A stretch of DNA of 64,000 bases. It comes from an uncultured Verrucomicrobiae bacterium. Lineage in GTDB: Bacteria; Verrucomicrobiota; Verrucomicrobiia; Chthoniobacterales; JAFAMB01. Positions 49,527 through 59,204 of this stretch are shown here, one piece after another (positions within the stretch are counted from its first letter, which is position 1; every line of letters starts with the position of its first letter). Position numbers and translations under genes: made by a program. The stretch lies in the NCBI GenBank assembly GCA_963837955.1, contig CAWIPH010000002.1, forward strand, positions 3,069,175 to 3,133,174, read 5' to 3'. Under the pieces are notes generated by a model. It was not told where the DNA came from and did no database searches. It saw only the letters and a list, made by a program, of their open reading frames with translations.

Positions 49527-52500
49527 CTACCTTTCGGCCCGGAGCGTCTCCTGCACCGTGCCGCAGGTCGGCATGTCAGGTCCCAGAAAAGGATTCTTTA
49601 CCTGAGTCGAATCTTGCAACCACATCGCAGGCGATTTTTTCCACATTGGACACCTGATGGTGTAAAGCGGATCATCCAGCTGCGGCATGAAATCCTTTAG
49701 AAAAGCAATCAGATCCGCACTGAATTGGCCGAATTCGATGCGAGCCTGATCGATGTCGTTGGGAGTGAACTGGTCGGCGCTGCCATGGAGCTTATCGACC
49801 AAATCCTTGTAGCGCTCGGGCTTAGACGGAGGATCGATATCCAGCAGCGGGTGGACCTGTTTTCGCAGCGTCTCGGCCTCAGCGGCAACCTGCAAAAACT
49901 TGTTTTCGGCCAGGAGTTCATGAAGTCTCTTGTAGGAATCCAGCACCGGTTTGATTGCGGCCTTGAAGTTCGAGTTTGAAGATTGATTGGGTGGCTTTTC
50001 GGTCATCGCGGGAGTGCCGGACGGCTCCTCTCCTTCCCAATCTTTGAGCGCCCCTTGCACTTGAGATTCCGCGTCGATCAGGAAGTTTGCGCTCGCGACT
50101 ATACGGTCACCTTCCTGCAGTCCATTAACTACCTGGTAATAACTCTCCTGTTGTTGACCATCGAAGGTGGTAAACGAGCGGCCGACTTGAACATAGCGCG
50201 GCAGCAATTTTCCCTGACCCCGATCCAGAAAGACCAGCATCCGCTCGCCCGTCGGCAACGCCGCTTGCACCGGAATCGTTAACCCTTCTCCCCCATTGAT
50301 CTTCACCTGAACGTTTGCGTACATGCCTGGACGCAACTGAGCCTTGGCATTCGGTATATCGATTCGGACGCGAGCTGTCCGCTTGGCGGCGTCAATAACC
50401 GGATTGATGACCGCAATCTGACCCTGGAAGGTCTGGTTAGGAAAGGCGGGCAAACTCACATCGATCTGCTGCCCTTGCTTTAAGAGGCCAATCTCGTTTT
50501 CGTAAAACTCAGCCCAAACCCAGAGATTGGAAAGATCGAGGACACTTACCAGTTTGTCACCCATCTTCAGATTCATTCCCGGACGGCTCATCACTTCACC
50601 TACCACTCCGTCGAACGGCGACCGGAGGATCAGTTGGTCGGACGGCTTTCGGCTTTTTTCGAGTTCAGCAATTTCCTGATCACTCACATTCCAAAGCTTG
50701 AGCCGCCGCTTGGCAGCCTCGATCAGTTGATCATTGGAAACCCGGCTGGTACCGCTGCGATCGCGATCATTTAAGAGATTGACTAACTCCTGCTCCGTAC
50801 TGCGCAGGTCAGGGCTATAGATCGTTATCAAGGGCTGGCCTTGCGATACGAGTTCCCCCGGTGAGCTGACTTTCAATTCCTGTACGTAACCATCGACGCG
50901 GGATACATAGTCAAACATCTTTGATGTATCCGATTCCAGCATGCCAACGGAACGGATCGACAGCTGGATCGGTCGCTTGGTTACCGTGGCATACGTCACC
51001 CCAATCTGCTGTTGCCGTTCGACGGGAACGGAAAACTCGCTTGATTTGCCGGCCTCCTGATTCGGAGAGGGCATCGGCATCGAGCCCATGGAACTCGAGC
51101 CGCTATCGGTCATCCCGCCGGAATTCTCTTTTACTTTGGTTTCATTCGCGCCCTTCTTTTTCACCGGTACCAGATCCATGGAGCAAATTGGACATTTGCC
51201 CGGATCCTTGGAATGGACCGACGGATGCATCGTACAGGTGTAGTAATCGACGTCAGTATCTGCAGCCGTTTTGTCAGCTGGTTTGGAGCAACTGCTCAAT
51301 ACCAAGGGTACGAGCAAGCCGATGCTCAGGAGCATTAGTATTGAGTAAAAACGGATTTTCATTTTCTGCCGCGGTTTTGAGCTATGCGAGCTCTGATCTC
51401 TCACGTTCAAATCTGTGCCGACCAGTGATTCTAACTCGGCAATTGCGACCCGATAATCGGTCAGATCCTGGTTATACATGGTTTCCAGTTCTCGCAGGTT
51501 GTTCTCGGAAGTAAGCACCTGAATCAGAGTGGCCTTATCCGTCTCGTAATCGGCTTGGTACGAAGACACGGTCTGACGCGCGCGCGGCAGTAACTGATCC
51601 CGGTAGAGTTCGATGTGATGATGAAGGGTTACGATTTTTTCCAACTGATCTCGAAGCATGCCGAGCGCTTCGGTCTGTGCTCCCTCCAAAGTCTGTCGGG
51701 CCGCCAGAAAGTCGCTCTGAGCCTCGCCTTCACCCGCTCGATATTTCTTGCGGTTAAACCAGGGAAGATCGATCGACACTCCCGCATTAAGTTCGCTAAT
51801 GGCCTGCCGGCCGGCGTTGTAATGCTGCGCCTGTAAACTTATAGAAGGGTCGGGAATCCATTCTCGCTTCGCCAACTCAACCTTGGCCGAAGCTCCTATC
51901 ACCATAGACTGCGCCTGGCGAATCTCGGGGCGGTTTTCCAGGGTGAGCTGGCGTAAACGCTCTTGTGAAAGATCTTGTGGCAACGCCTCACCCAAAATCG
52001 GCCGACCCAACGGAGAAAATGGGTCTTGGTGCATCAGCACCTTCAATTTCGTTTGTTCATCTGAGAGTTTCTGTTCCAGGTCGCGGCGAGTTTCGATGAT
52101 TTTCTGTCGCTCAACGTCGGCGGTTAAATAGTCTGCTTGTGATTGAGTACCGACCTCGAATTTCGCCTTGCTCGCATCCAAGGTCTGGGAAAGCGCGGCT
52201 TCTTCCTGTTCGTTGAGATTCAGAAGCAAATAAAAATTGGCCAGACGGAAATAGCTCGCCTTTGTCTTCGAGACCACGTCGAGCTGTTGACGCCGGAAAT
52301 CCTCAAAGCTCGCGACAGCCTCCGCTGCAGCAATTCGCTCCTTGCTCCGGTTCTTGCCGGAGAAGGGAATCATCTGTTCGACCGTTATCATTTGATCGGC
52401 AAAACCGTTTCGCGAAATATCAACAAAACGGCCAAGCAGCGAATTCACACTCAGTTTCGGATCTTCCCAAGCAGCCGCCTGAGGTATCCTTTGTTTGGAA

Positions 52501-52676
52501 GATTCCCATTTGGCGCGGGCAGCCTTAATGGTTGGATTGTCCTGCAGGGCGGCCGTCACGGCATCGTTCAAAGTTAGTTGACCCGTTTTGGTCTGCCTGG
52601 CCTTGCTTATCGGCTCCTGAGCCAGGACCGCTGCTGCAGGAGTAAGGACGCAAATCATAAGTACTCCAAGCTTCAT
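49527..52676 (-). CDS. TolC/CusC-like outer membrane protein in frame with a CusB-like adaptor (own Met at 51362; YTCTMHP; C-terminal DUF3347-like domain)
   Basis: Residues 1-438 look like an outer-membrane efflux protein; then MKIRFYS..LSSC, YYTCTMHP..GKCPICSMDL, LRPGMY and CPM..NPFLG..CG. Confidence 0.85.
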   Translation of the reverse strand: MKLGVLMICVLTPAAAVLAQEPISKARQTKTGQLTLNDAVTAALQDNPTIKAARAKWESSKQRIPQAAAWEDPKLSVNSLLGRFVDISRNGFADQMITVEQMIPFSGKNRSKERIAAAEAVASFEDFRRQQLDVVSKTKASYFRLANFYLLLNLNEQEEAALSQTLDASKAKFEVGTQSQADYLTADVERQKIIETRRDLEQKLSDEQTKLKVLMHQDPFSPLGRPILGEALPQDLSQERLRQLTLENRPEIRQAQSMVIGASAKVELAKREWIPDPSISLQAQHYNAGRQAISELNAGVSIDLPWFNRKKYRAGEGEAQSDFLAARQTLEGAQTEALGMLRDQLEKIVTLHHHIELYRDQLLPRARQTVSSYQADYETDKATLIQVLTSENNLRELETMYNQDLTDYRVAIAELESLVGTDLNVRDQSSHSSKPRQKMKIRFYSILMLLSIGLLVPLVLSSCSKPADKTAADTDVDYYTCTMHPSVHSKDPGKCPICSMDLVPVKKKGANETKVKENSGGMTDSGSSSMGSMPMPSPNQEAGKSSEFSVPVERQQQIGVTYATVTKRPIQLSIRSVGMLESDTSKMFDYVSRVDGYVQELKVSSPGELVSQGQPLITIYSPDLRSTEQELVNLLNDRDRSGTSRVSNDQLIEAAKRRLKLWNVSDQEIAELEKSRKPSDQLILRSPFDGVVGEVMSRPGMNLKMGDKLVSVLDLSNLWVWAEFYENEIGLLKQGQQIDVSLPAFPNQTFQGQIAVINPVIDAAKRTARVRIDIPNAKAQLRPGMYANVQVKINGGEGLTIPVQAALPTGERMLVFLDRGQGKLLPRYVQVGRSFTTFDGQQQESYYQVVNGLQEGDRIVASANFLIDAESQVQGALKDWEGEEPSGTPAMTEKPPNQSSNSNFKAAIKPVLDSYKRLHELLAENKFLQVAAEAETLRKQVHPLLDIDPPSKPERYKDLVDKLHGSADQFTPNDIDQARIEFGQFSADLIAFLKDFMPQLDDPLYTIRCPMWKKSPAMWLQDSTQVKNPFLGPDMPTCGTVQETLRAER

Positions 52677-52707
52677 GGACTTAAGTTTGAGAAGGTCGCT
52701 TGCTTCC

Positions 52708-53232
52708 CTATTCCGTTGCAGCCCTAATTGCGGTATCGCTGGATAACGCCGGTTGGATTACTCGTGATTTCATCAAACGGAGATAACGCTGACCATCAGC
52801 GGGATTCATTTGTGCACTTACCCGGTAAATATGTGCCAACATCTGTTGATGACAGTCTTCCTGAACCAAACCTGCCTCCTTGATTGCTGCTTGCACGTCT
52901 GGAGTCAGCTCACTGTTTTCTGATACAAGCCGATCGAGCTTCGAGTTAGCTTCCATGATCCGACGACACATTTCGTTGCAGACTGGCGCATACTCTGACT
53001 GCAGGGTTTCAATCTTTTGGAATTGCGCGTCACTCAGATGAAATTCCCGCCGTAACCACTCCAACCCTCCATCGGGAGCTTTCGCGATTTCACGAAGATC
53101 GCGGGTGCCAAAGAAGTTAACCCCACAAAAAGCAATCACACCTGCGGCAAGCGCCCCGATCAGGGTGAAAAGCAGCCAATAGCTGATGCTAGTACGTTCG
53201 GAGATGCTCGTAGGGATCGACGGATTGGACAT
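52708..53232 (-). CDS. periplasmic heavy-metal sensor (Spy/CpxP-fold, CnrX/ZraP-like)
   Basis: N-terminal TM helix; WLRREFHLSDAQF, CNEMC and CH..ML.H..M. Confidence 0.72.
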   Translation of the reverse strand: MSNPSIPTSISERTSISYWLLFTLIGALAAGVIAFCGVNFFGTRDLREIAKAPDGGLEWLRREFHLSDAQFQKIETLQSEYAPVCNEMCRRIMEANSKLDRLVSENSELTPDVQAAIKEAGLVQEDCHQQMLAHIYRVSAQMNPADGQRYLRLMKSRVIQPALSSDTAIRAATE

Positions 53233-53503
53233 ATTTTGCTTCTAAGTTTTTCCAATTTCTTGAGTTCGCCTGAGATGACTCGATGAGTCCGAACCCGGTA
53301 CCTGCCAAACCTCCTAAAATAATGGCGCAGGTCGCAAGCTGCGGGGCCCGTAGCCACGAAATGTTCCAATTGCCGAACAACGGCAATCTCGGCTTTGATT
53401 CGCGAACCGCTATCTTCTGCCAAACATTACGCTGAAAATCGGGGGGGATTTCTGGTCGAACCTCCCACGAGGCCAGCTTCTGCCTGAGCTGATCATCATC
53501 CAT
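53189..53503 (-). CDS. small single-TM protein, putative anti-sigma factor
   Basis: DDQLRQKLASW..PPDFQRNVWQKI, one TM helix, YVQSVDP. Confidence 0.65.
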   Translation of the reverse strand: MDDDQLRQKLASWEVRPEIPPDFQRNVWQKIAVRESKPRLPLFGNWNISWLRAPQLATCAIILGGLAGTGFGLIESSQANSRNWKNLEAKYVQSVDPYEHLRTY

Positions 53504-53509
53504 ACGTTG

Positions 53510-53539
53510 GGTAAAACACAGAGTTCAGAGAAAACCCTC
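53510..53539 (-). promoter_or_regulatory. putative ECF sigma promoter GAGGGTTTT-N13-GTTTTACC
   Basis: Same bipartite motif and spacing as 55117-55146; lies 6 nt before the ATG at 53503. Confidence 0.6.
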
Positions 53540-53629
53540 TGCCTTTTTTTGGTCGAGATGCAGCTGCTGCGGAAACCTTATCAGTAAGACAGGACGCCCA
53601 GGGTTGATGTCCGTTACTTCAAGAGCATC

Positions 53630-53972
53630 GTCCCGACTTGTCCGCCGTAGCCCGGAGGCCGCGCCACAGCAAAGTGAAGGAGAGGCGAAGGAGGAAGGTG
53701 CCCAATGAAAGTAGCCCGGTACGAAGTGCCGGGTAAGCTTCTTTTAAAAGTGATACGTCCCGCGAGGGACGATCGATGACCGCTAGGGATCGCGAAATCA
53801 CTATCGGGGCGAAGAGCCGAACGTTTTCGATCGTCCCTCGCGGGACGGGCGCGTTTACCATCCATCTCCCGGCACTTCGTACCGGGCTACTATCGAATGT
53901 CCCTTCCTCCTTCGCCTCGCCGTCGCTTTGCTATAGCGCAGCCTGCAGGCTACGGCGGACAAGGCGGGACTA
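53630..53972. repeat. family-A REPIN with nested palindromes
   Basis: GAAAGTAGCCCGGTACGAAGTGCCGGG inverted against CCCGGCACTTCGTACCGGGCTAC. Confidence 0.82.
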
Positions 53973-54070
53973 GCTCTAGGGCCCGAACAAATCTCCTAGA
54001 GGCTGCTCAAGCTCAAGCGACCGCTAGTTAGGGCACCGTTGCTTCTTCCGAGATCCTTCGACCCGAGCCT

Positions 54071-54922
54071 TTATTTCGAATTCTCGAGGATAACCCTATC
54101 CCCAGGGCCGTCGATCGTTAAACGAAATTTTGAGAGTAGACTATTACCGAGCAAACCACCTTCGCCCGAAAAAATCGGTTCCTCATGAATAACCGCTGGA
54201 ATTGTGAAGTGCTGTTTTCCAATCTGCACCGCGGTCGGAATGGATTTCCTATAGGTACGTGATAGACCAATAGAGGTAGGCGCAATCGCCCGTTTTCCTG
54301 ACCCACTAACGACCCACTCCAAAGCTGAATCGGAGCCCGTGTCGAGCCTCATCCATTGGGCCGGATTTCCGGCAACTCGCACTGGGACACAGACCGCGTC
54401 GTTGCACATTTTGATCGGTAATACTTCGCAATTTGCGAGGTTCACGTCGCAATTGTCGAGCACCCGGACTCTGCCCGCCTTGAAATCGATTTGCACCACA
54501 CGGTTCCGGAAAAAGTCGGCGCCCAAAATTCCGTCAACGGGCTGCCGACAGCATTCACTAATAGTTCGAAGGTCGATTGCCAGAACCGACGTTGGCAGAT
54601 CGATACCGTCGGATACAGCATGCAAATCGTCCACCCGATAACCAAAGCCTTGCCCACTTACTCCTTGCACTGTCTGCCGTTGTCCCAGCTTTAGACGCAG
54701 AGAGCATGCCGTCTGGAGGTCCACGGCGCTAACACCAGCGCCCGAATCCAATAGAAAGTTTAATGCCTTACTCTTCCCGGCGACTTCTACTTTCAGCCAA
54801 ATTAAGCCGTCGTGAAACTGGAAAGGAATTTCGCGCAAAACCTTGGATTGAGCAGATAGCGGCAAGGATAGTGCCGCAACCAGAACACAGACGAGCAAGC
54901 GCATCTGGTATCCCGTAAGCAA
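54071..54922 (-). CDS. secreted retropepsin-like aspartyl protease (two domains)
   Basis: FLLDSGA..DGILGAD and RLDTGS..GLLGN. Confidence 0.85.
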   Translation of the reverse strand: MLTGYQMRLLVCVLVAALSLPLSAQSKVLREIPFQFHDGLIWLKVEVAGKSKALNFLLDSGAGVSAVDLQTACSLRLKLGQRQTVQGVSGQGFGYRVDDLHAVSDGIDLPTSVLAIDLRTISECCRQPVDGILGADFFRNRVVQIDFKAGRVRVLDNCDVNLANCEVLPIKMCNDAVCVPVRVAGNPAQWMRLDTGSDSALEWVVSGSGKRAIAPTSIGLSRTYRKSIPTAVQIGKQHFTIPAVIHEEPIFSGEGGLLGNSLLSKFRLTIDGPGDRVILENSK

Positions 54923-55116
54923 GATCCATGCGATAACCGAAAACCGGGAGTTCTCCTCCCACGCGGTTTGATTTAGCAGAGCGAGAAGACCGCCGGCTGT
55001 TCACTATTTGCCACTGTCCATGGCTCAAAATAACCAACCCTAGGGAATTCGGTGTCAGGACAGGAACAAAAGTCCATGGGAACACCGCAGCCAAAGAGCT
55101 GACGCTGATTTTTTTT

Positions 55117-55146
55117 GAGGGTTTTGGCCGTTATCGAGGTTTTACC
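55117..55146 (+). promoter_or_regulatory. putative ECF sigma promoter GAGGGTTTT-N13-GTTTTACC
   Basis: Second copy of the motif, upstream of the gene at 55185. Confidence 0.6.
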
Positions 55147-55184
55147 TGTGAGCGCAAGCCGCGCTTAAATCACAAAACACACAA

Positions 55185-55451
55185 ATGAAAACCATTGGTA
55201 AATTCGGACTGGCGACACTTGTCGCGGGAGCATTTTGGGCAGCCACCTTGCCTGGCAAGGCTGAAACGCCAGACATTTTCACGAGACACGGACTTCCGAT
55301 CCCAGGAGCTTACTTCAAAAGTAAAGAAAGCCAGAAACCGGCGACCATCGCTGTCAGTAAGTCGGGACAGGGCGTTGGAGAACAGAAGCAAACAACTAAG
55401 ACTGGGAAAAAGAACGCCCACCTCGTTCACTCGACGAAAAAGAACTCCTGA
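55185..55451 (+). CDS. small secreted basic hypothetical protein
   Basis: Signal peptide MKTIGKFGLATLVAGAFWAA..AE. Confidence 0.65.
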   Translation: MKTIGKFGLATLVAGAFWAATLPGKAETPDIFTRHGLPIPGAYFKSKESQKPATIAVSKSGQGVGEQKQTTKTGKKNAHLVHSTKKNS

Positions 55452-55494
55452 GACAACGGTTCACATTGAAGCGCCGCTGCAAAGACAGTGGCGC

Positions 55495-56118
55495 TCAAGA
55501 CTGCTGTTCTAGTCGCGCGTCTTGATCACCGAGATCGACGCGCGATAGCAGCTCTTTTAACAACTTTCTCGCGCGGTAAAGTTTCATCTCGACCGCTTTG
55601 ATACTGCATCCAAGCACGGACGAAATCTCTTCATACGACAGGTCCTCGTACTCATAAAGTAGGATGACCGTCTTTAATTCGTGCGGAAGCTTACTGAGTG
55701 CCTTTTTGATGCTCGAAATGAGCTCTGACTTGATCACGGCTTGATCAGGAGAATCATCCGAGGTCACGATCCATTCAGAGGTATTGGTAGAATCTGCGTC
55801 CAAAGATTCCAGAGCGGTGCCGCCCGCTCGCTCCCATTGCCGCACATAGTTTCGACAAAGATTCGCCGCAATAGTGAAGAGCCAACTAGCAAACTTCGCG
55901 CGCGCCGTGTAGCGGGAGCGCGCCTGGTAAACACGCACAAATGTTTCCTGAGCAAGGTCCAGCGCGTCAGACTGGTGACCTATGTACCGATAGATGAAGG
56001 CTACAAGCGGCTGCTGCCAACGAGTCATTAGCTCGTTTAGCATGAGGTCTTCGCCGTTTTTGAGGCGGAGCATTAGCTCAGCATCAGGATCGGCGCCAAA
56101 GGGCACAAAATTTTTCAT
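55495..56118 (-). CDS. ECF sigma-70 factor
   Basis: DLAQETFVRVY, FASWLFTIAANLC, LSYEEIS and LYRARKLL. Confidence 0.92.
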   Translation of the reverse strand: MKNFVPFGADPDAELMLRLKNGEDLMLNELMTRWQQPLVAFIYRYIGHQSDALDLAQETFVRVYQARSRYTARAKFASWLFTIAANLCRNYVRQWERAGGTALESLDADSTNTSEWIVTSDDSPDQAVIKSELISSIKKALSKLPHELKTVILLYEYEDLSYEEISSVLGCSIKAVEMKLYRARKLLKELLSRVDLGDQDARLEQQS

Positions 56119-56231
56119 GTACTGAAAGCTGATAAAAGCGAAGCAGAGCGACGATGAATCGTCGCGACAGCGCCAAAAAATCGGCTACCTCATTGGCTGA
56201 GACGCCAACAGGGCTGACCGAGGATCAGGTC

Positions 56232-56603
56232 TCAGAGCAGAAGGACACAGTCGTGAGCTAATAGGTCGCGCGGTGGCGGCCCAAGATCGCGATTGCGTTC
56301 AAACGCCGGCAAAGAATCCGGCAAAGTCACCAGAGGCTGCACCGCCGCAGGTGATGCTAACAACGATAAATTCGCCTGCGCATCTAACAGGCTTGATACG
56401 CCGGCTGTAACCGGAAGTGCGGTTGAGGAAGTCAATTGGCAGCTCGGTTTATCTGTACAACAGGAGTGACAAGCCTTGGCTCCCTTCGCGCAGGCCATGT
56501 GACAGGTAGAACGGATTTCGACAGCGCGACTGCCCAACGGCAAAGCGATCGTCAAGCACAACGCCAACCAGATCCTTACGCTGGAGCCAATTTTTCGCAT
56601 CAA
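56232..56603 (-). CDS. Cys-rich exported small protein with C-terminal GPPP (DUF2946/CruR-like layout)
   Basis: Signal peptide; CHMAC..CHSCC..C; RDLGPPP..CVLLL. Confidence 0.6.
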   Translation of the reverse strand: MMRKIGSSVRIWLALCLTIALPLGSRAVEIRSTCHMACAKGAKACHSCCTDKPSCQLTSSTALPVTAGVSSLLDAQANLSLLASPAAVQPLVTLPDSLPAFERNRDLGPPPRDLLAHDCVLLL

Positions 56604-56631
56604 AACGCGCCGAAACTATAGCGCAGAAGTT

Positions 56632-57855
56632 CTAAGATACAATTGGCGTCGTCGCGGTTGGGCGTACTCGCAGCACTAACAGTGCGCCGAGAAGGAACAT
56701 CACAGCGCTATAGCTAAACGCTATAGTTGGACTGACGGCCGACCAGAGCAATCCCACCACTGCGCTCGATAAAAAGTCACCAATTCCGTTGACGGTTGCC
56801 AACACTCCGAAGGCCATTCCGTGATGGGCGGGATTAACCAACTCCGCACAAAATGAATCTTCGAGTGTCTCCTCGATCGCGACCTGGATTCCGCCCAGAA
56901 CAAATATCAAAGCCAGCGGTCCTATACCTACTGGTAAGAGCACAATTCCTGCGGCCATCAAGACAGCCAGTGCATATCCGCCACTAAGCAATAGTTTCTT
57001 CGGAAAACGATCCGCCAACCAACCGCCTAGATACGAGAACCCCGCGTAAAAAACATTGTGCAGCACGTAAAGCGCTACGGCTACACTCGCAGCGCCCGCT
57101 GCCCCCAGGCTTTCCGTTAACCGTTGGGTGGCCAAAAGAATGAGCAGTGTGTGAGCGAACGCACCAGCGCCGAAAATCCCTGCTGCCAACAGGAATTGCC
57201 GGTATGCTTTTGGCAACAAGCGGAACCGTTCCCCAAATGATGCATGCGGTACCGGTGCCCGCTGCGTTTCCTCAACAACGAAACCGATCAAACCAGCTGC
57301 GATTAATCCTGGCAAAAGTGTGATCGCAAAAACGAGGCGGTAATTTCCAGGCAACGCAGCCAGTAGCCAGAGTGCGGTTAGCGGGCCGACAATTGCGCCA
57401 ACTGTGTCCATGGCTCGCTCAAAACCGAAAGCGCGCCCATATTCGGAGGGGTCGATCGCGGCAGCCAGAAGCGCCTTGCGCACCGGGGTACGGACGCCTC
57501 GACCCAACCAGGCGGTAGCGCGGGCGATGAGGACGTGCCACGCAGAAGTCGCCAGACTAAAAGCCGCGGTGGCAAGAGTCGTGACCAGATAGCCCACAAC
57601 CGCGATAGGCTTGCGACGAGGGAGCCCGTCCGTATAGAAGCCGCTTCCCAATTTGGCAAAGCTGGACAATCCGTCGGAGACACCTTCGATCATCCCCAAC
57701 CAAGCTGCTGCAACGCCCAGTGAACCGAGAAAAGCCGGCAATACTGCAGTTGCAATCTCGTGACTCCAATCACTGAAAAGCGATGCCAACGCTATTCCGA
57801 GCACCGTGCGATTCAGCCAGGGTTCAACAGATGACTTGGAGTGTGGTCCCTTCAT
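56632..57855 (-). CDS. MFS transporter
   Basis: SLFSDWSHE, GRGVRTPVR, GRAFGFERAMDTVGA and GWLADRF. Confidence 0.9.
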   Translation of the reverse strand: MKGPHSKSSVEPWLNRTVLGIALASLFSDWSHEIATAVLPAFLGSLGVAAAWLGMIEGVSDGLSSFAKLGSGFYTDGLPRRKPIAVVGYLVTTLATAAFSLATSAWHVLIARATAWLGRGVRTPVRKALLAAAIDPSEYGRAFGFERAMDTVGAIVGPLTALWLLAALPGNYRLVFAITLLPGLIAAGLIGFVVEETQRAPVPHASFGERFRLLPKAYRQFLLAAGIFGAGAFAHTLLILLATQRLTESLGAAGAASVAVALYVLHNVFYAGFSYLGGWLADRFPKKLLLSGGYALAVLMAAGIVLLPVGIGPLALIFVLGGIQVAIEETLEDSFCAELVNPAHHGMAFGVLATVNGIGDFLSSAVVGLLWSAVSPTIAFSYSAVMFLLGALLVLRVRPTATTPIVS

Positions 57856-57934
57856 TTAAACAAAAAACGGGTCTCGGTTGCTAACTAGTCTCTTGTATCA
57901 CAGCCTGAGAATTTCACGCGTTTCCGCAAAGCTC

Positions 57935-58165
57935 TTCGTCCTCGTCCTCGTGCTCGTCGTCGTCCTCGATTCCCAGGGCGATCCAACGAGTAAACACCGG
58001 GAGGGATTGCGTCCCCGCAATCCGCTGCCTAACCCACGATGCTGACATCTGCGTTCCATCGTCTGGTTTCGTCCCTGGGTGAAACAACGACGGCGCGCGA
58101 GGACGCGTGCCCTCCCCGTCAGGGGTAATTCGACGCTTCGAGGACGACGACGAGCACGAGGACGA
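57935..58165. repeat. family-C palindromic repeat
   Basis: CGTCCTCGTGCTCGTCGTCGTCCTCGA inverted against TCGAGGACGACGACGAGCACGAGGACG. Confidence 0.8.
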
Positions 58166-58338
58166 TTGCGATTGTAGCTTCACCGTGCTGTTTTTTGTGC
58201 GTGCAGACTTGACGATGATTCGTGTTAAATTGTTCCGCGTTGACCTCAGGACGGGCATTCGCTCTACTCCAATTGATCGTTTCGTGCTTTGCATCCGCGC
58301 AAACTGAAACTCGATTTGCGAGACACTCATCCCTTGTT

Positions 58339-59022
58339 ATGAGCGAACCTTCCTTTAGCGGTTTCTCGGGCCAGGCTATTCAGTTCCTTCGGGATCTGGC
58401 TGTGCACAACGAGCGCGATTGGTTCAATCCACGCAAGGAAGCTTTTCGGCAAGATCTGCAGGAACCGTTAGCCCAGCTAATCCTGACGACTACTGATCTG
58501 CTCAGGAACGCAAAAATCCCTCTGCGGGCCGATCCCAAGCGTTCCGTTTTTCGCGTTTATCGCGACACCCGATTCTCGCCCGACAAGAGCCCGTACAAAA
58601 CCCATGTAAGCGCGGTCTTCGATCGAACTGCTCAAAGAAAAACAGATGGCATACTCTATGTGCACATCGTCCCGGACGAAAGTTTTGCGGTAATTGGATT
58701 TCATCAGCCGGCCGCACCCGACCTGACAAAGATTCGGGAAGCGATCGTCGATCGGCAGAAAGTCTTTCTCAAGCTTCTTGCTCAGCTAGAAAGCTCGGGA
58801 TTCGAAGTGACCAGCGGTGAAATGCTCAAACGCGTTCCCCGCGGTTTCGAAGAATTCGCCGATTCACCAGCCGCCCAGTATCTGAAATACAAGTCGTTCT
58901 ATATCACGCGGCCCCTCCCCAACAAGATGGTGCAATCCAAGGCGTTGCCCAAGGAATTGGTTCAGTTCGCTCGGATCGGTCTGCCGTTCCTTAAATTCGG
59001 CTGGGATGCGATGGCCCGTTAA
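58339..59022 (+). CDS. DUF2461 (TIGR02453) family protein
   Basis: FLRDLAVHNERDWF, FRVYRDTRFSPDKSPYK and LKRVPRGF. Confidence 0.9.
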   Translation: MSEPSFSGFSGQAIQFLRDLAVHNERDWFNPRKEAFRQDLQEPLAQLILTTTDLLRNAKIPLRADPKRSVFRVYRDTRFSPDKSPYKTHVSAVFDRTAQRKTDGILYVHIVPDESFAVIGFHQPAAPDLTKIREAIVDRQKVFLKLLAQLESSGFEVTSGEMLKRVPRGFEEFADSPAAQYLKYKSFYITRPLPNKMVQSKALPKELVQFARIGLPFLKFGWDAMAR

Positions 59023-59204
59023 AACGCCTGGCGCGCGACGGGACCGAAGAGAAACTCACGCAAAGACGCAAAGGCGCAAAGGGGAGAAGGCTCGAACGGT
59101 TTTCCCGCGTTAGTCTCAGAGCGTTGTGGGGTCAAGCGGCCGCGCGCAGGCATTCCCCCGGGGTCTTTCGAGGGATGGTTCTCTACCCCGAAGGGGCAGG
59201 AGGA

